Assembly (NCBI GenBank): GCA_963712005.1
Contig: CAVQGK010000024.1
Coordinates: 1,554,046-1,618,045 of the forward strand
DNA: 64,000 bases
Reading direction: 5' to 3'
Source: an uncultured Chloroflexia bacterium
Lineage (GTDB): Bacteria; Chloroflexota; Ktedonobacteria; Ktedonobacterales; JADMIN01
The notes beneath the pieces are model-generated. The model searched no databases and was not told the origin of the DNA. It was given only the letters and a program-made list of their open reading frames with translations. Both the position numbers and the translations under genes were made by a program. Positions 63,261 to 64,000 of the stretch are shown piece by piece (position 1 is the stretch's first letter; each line of letters begins with the position of its first letter).

Positions 63261-63470
63261 AGGCGCTGGCGGCTAAAGCCGCGCCTAAGGGTTGCTGCGC
63301 AACCGCGAAGCCTGCCTTCGCAGGCTCCAGAACGCGAACCAGTGCTCTATGCTCTCTTGCGAAGGCTCTTGCCACGCACTGACGCGCTAAACCTGCGGCG
63401 ACAACACCGCATATGCCATAGGCGCGCATCGGGCAGGGTTAGCTGCGGCATTCATGCCGCGAACCCGCCC
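63261..63470. repeat. intergenic hairpin-cluster repeat (copy B)
   Basis: GCGGCtaaaGCCGC, GGTTGCtgcGCAACC, AGCCTGCcttcGCAGGCT, GCGGCAttcaTGCCGC nested inside GGGTT..AACCC. The core matches copy A. Confidence 0.65.
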
Positions 63471-63655
63471 AACCACAAAGCTTGCCCTTGATACCGCCGC
63501 CTCGTCCACTTATGGACGGGACCGCGGCCGCCAAAGGTAAACACGCCACCTGCTACTACAAACTACTTCGTCATGTGAGGGAGACGGAATCACGCCACCC
63601 ACATATACGTCCTATAGCTATTTTCGGTTTTCAGCGCCAGTGGTCGGCGACACTG

Positions 63656-64000
63656 CTAAAAGTTCGACCCGCCATATCCGCCCGTACCACCAGCGCCGCC
63701 ACGTGGATACGTTGGCTGTTGCTGTGGATACTGCCCGTTGGATGGCCCGGCTGGCGCGGTTGGAGCATAGGCGCTACCCGGCTGGCTCGTCGCCGCCCAG
63801 GTGGGCGCGTCGCCCGCGCCGCGCTGCACTTGTCGGATGATACGCTCTGGCAGCGTGAGTTTTCCATCGCCTAGCGCCTGAGCATGCATCACCAGCCGCT
63901 CCATCTCGCCGGAGCTAAAGACCGGCGCGCGGCTCTGGCCGTAGGGGCGCTGGCCTGTTGGGTCAAACCAGAAGAACTGGTGGCGCATGAACTCGCCCAT
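63656..64000 (-). CDS. C-terminal part of a gene running off the window, function unknown
   Basis: Open to the window edge. Ends in a Pro/Gln/Gly/Tyr-rich tail ..GGAGGTGGYGGSNF. Confidence 0.5.
   Translation of the reverse strand: MGEFMRHQFFWFDPTGQRPYGQSRAPVFSSGEMERLVMHAQALGDGKLTLPERIIRQVQRGAGDAPTWAATSQPGSAYAPTAPAGPSNGQYPQQQPTYPRGGAGGTGGYGGSNF

Overview
High-GC window (about 65-70% G+C by eye) with roughly 65 genes. The repeat types and protein styles look Chloroflexota-like, which is inference only. No rRNA, complete tRNA or CRISPR array was seen.

Content by coordinate:
- 0-9.7 kb: housekeeping and accessory genes. ECF sigma factor, MFS transporter, GNAT, macro/PARG-like protein, YqeY, SET-domain protein, PhzF.
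- 9.7-11.2 kb: decayed tnpA-less IS605-type element. It has a tnpB pseudogene, an omega-RNA-like right end and a coupled RHH gene.
- 13.3-20.6 kb: run of disrupted core genes. murE, mraY-like, ychF, a methyltransferase and an ABC permease.
- 19.3-22.9 kb: MacAB-like efflux operon.
- 23-28.5 kb: lipoproteins and a large membrane protein.
- 28.5-29.5 kb: 1-kb junk hotspot with a second TnpB right-end remnant, a hairpin cluster and a tRNA 3-prime half.
- 29.5-38.9 kb: PAS histidine kinase, a low-GC tandem SLATT/DUF4231-like 2TM protein beside a broken NUDIX gene, a Crp/DUF2249/membrane-protein cluster, and a second PhzF.
- 39-46.2 kb: same-strand cassette of sigma-like, HTH, ImmA-like peptidase, UvrD helicase with Cas4-like nuclease, and DUF4258. 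It is heavily frame-broken.
- 46.2-50 kb: HTH-NB-ARC-TPR STAND protein translationally coupled to a PgeF/YfiH homolog.
- 50-54.4 kb: repeat-rich divergent intergenic region, a TPR-like protein, a B12 radical SAM protein, and MaoC with an amber stop.
- 54.5-56.6 kb: two IS630 copies.
- 57-59 kb: TPP-decarboxylase plus cyclase islet.
- 59-64 kb: minus-strand cassette of a large 2-TM protein with a possibly degenerate tubulin-like N-domain, a 4-TM partner, and HEPN/MNT.

Best candidates for an undescribed system:
- the tubulin-like/4-TM/HEPN-MNT cassette
- the STAND-PgeF coupled pair
- the orphan tandem-SLATT gene
- the ImmA-UvrD-nuclease cassette

All functional calls come from motif recognition in the translated ORFs. 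No database search was run. About 20 genes need frame changes or carry in-frame stops. This could be real decay or assembly indels and must be checked against reads.
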